The notes under the pieces: model-generated
What the model saw: only the letters and a program-made list of their open reading frames with translations
What the model was told of the DNA's origin: nothing
The model's database searches: none
Assembly (NCBI RefSeq): GCF_006345805.1
Contig: NC_042998.1
Location: 165,354,001 to 165,418,000 of the forward strand
Direction: 5' to 3'
Length of the DNA: 64,000 nt
From: Octopus sinensis
Lineage: Eukaryota
Part shown: positions 63,769-64,000 of the stretch, piece after piece
Layout: every line of letters begins with the position of its first letter
Numbering within the stretch: position 1 is the first letter of the stretch
Program-made: the position numbers and the translations under genes

Positions 63769-64000
63769 ACCTATCCATTCTTGTTGCTTCTTTCTCGCGT
63801 ATATATGTATATATATATATATATATGCATATATACATATGTATATATATAACAATAAGGGTTTTTTGCAACAAGTTGCTTAAACCACATACCGAAAATA
63901 TTAGAAATAACAGTCAAAGGACTACTATTTCTTTTACTACAAAAATAAGTCTCCACAAACCACAATATTTGTAACTCACATATGGCAAAAGAAGAAGAAA

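Larger units (their letters stand above)
61033..63798 (+). mobile_element. 5'-truncated Penelope-like element with inverted pseudo-LTR segment
   Basis: ~200-bp inverted repeats (61033-61231 / 63598-63798, two 1-bp indels) enclose a PLE ORF remnant and a ~1.35-kb 3' region. Confidence 0.85.

Overview
AT-rich, microsatellite-saturated animal genomic DNA with a 100-N gap. The SINE families and repeat landscape look like a coleoid cephalopod, most likely Octopus; this is recognition from memory, not a database result. No host protein-coding exon, rRNA, tRNA gene or CRISPR array can be supported. Nearly all listed ORFs are translations of (TA)n, (CA)n, (TATG)n or trinucleotide repeats. The real content is mobile DNA: three tRNA-derived SINE families, four mariner/Tc1-type transposase remnants (including a full-length irritans-type mariner), an internally deleted IR/DR Tc1 that keeps an open DNA-binding-domain ORF, a pogo-like non-autonomous element, two related foldback MITEs, RTE LINE fragments, a short Helitron and two Penelope-like (PLE) remnants. 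The most striking signal is not in the ORF track. About ten type I hammerhead ribozyme motifs from at least six sequence families occur on both strands. They share a minimal, mostly palindromic helix III (ACATATGT, ACAGCTGT, ACGT, ATCCGGA(A)T, ACGATCGT), and several have unusually long helix II insertions. Two pairs sit in head-to-head inverted repeats, one of which brackets a GIY-YIG PLE. A second recurrent pattern is short, near-perfect fold-back duplications anchored on (TA)n tracts.
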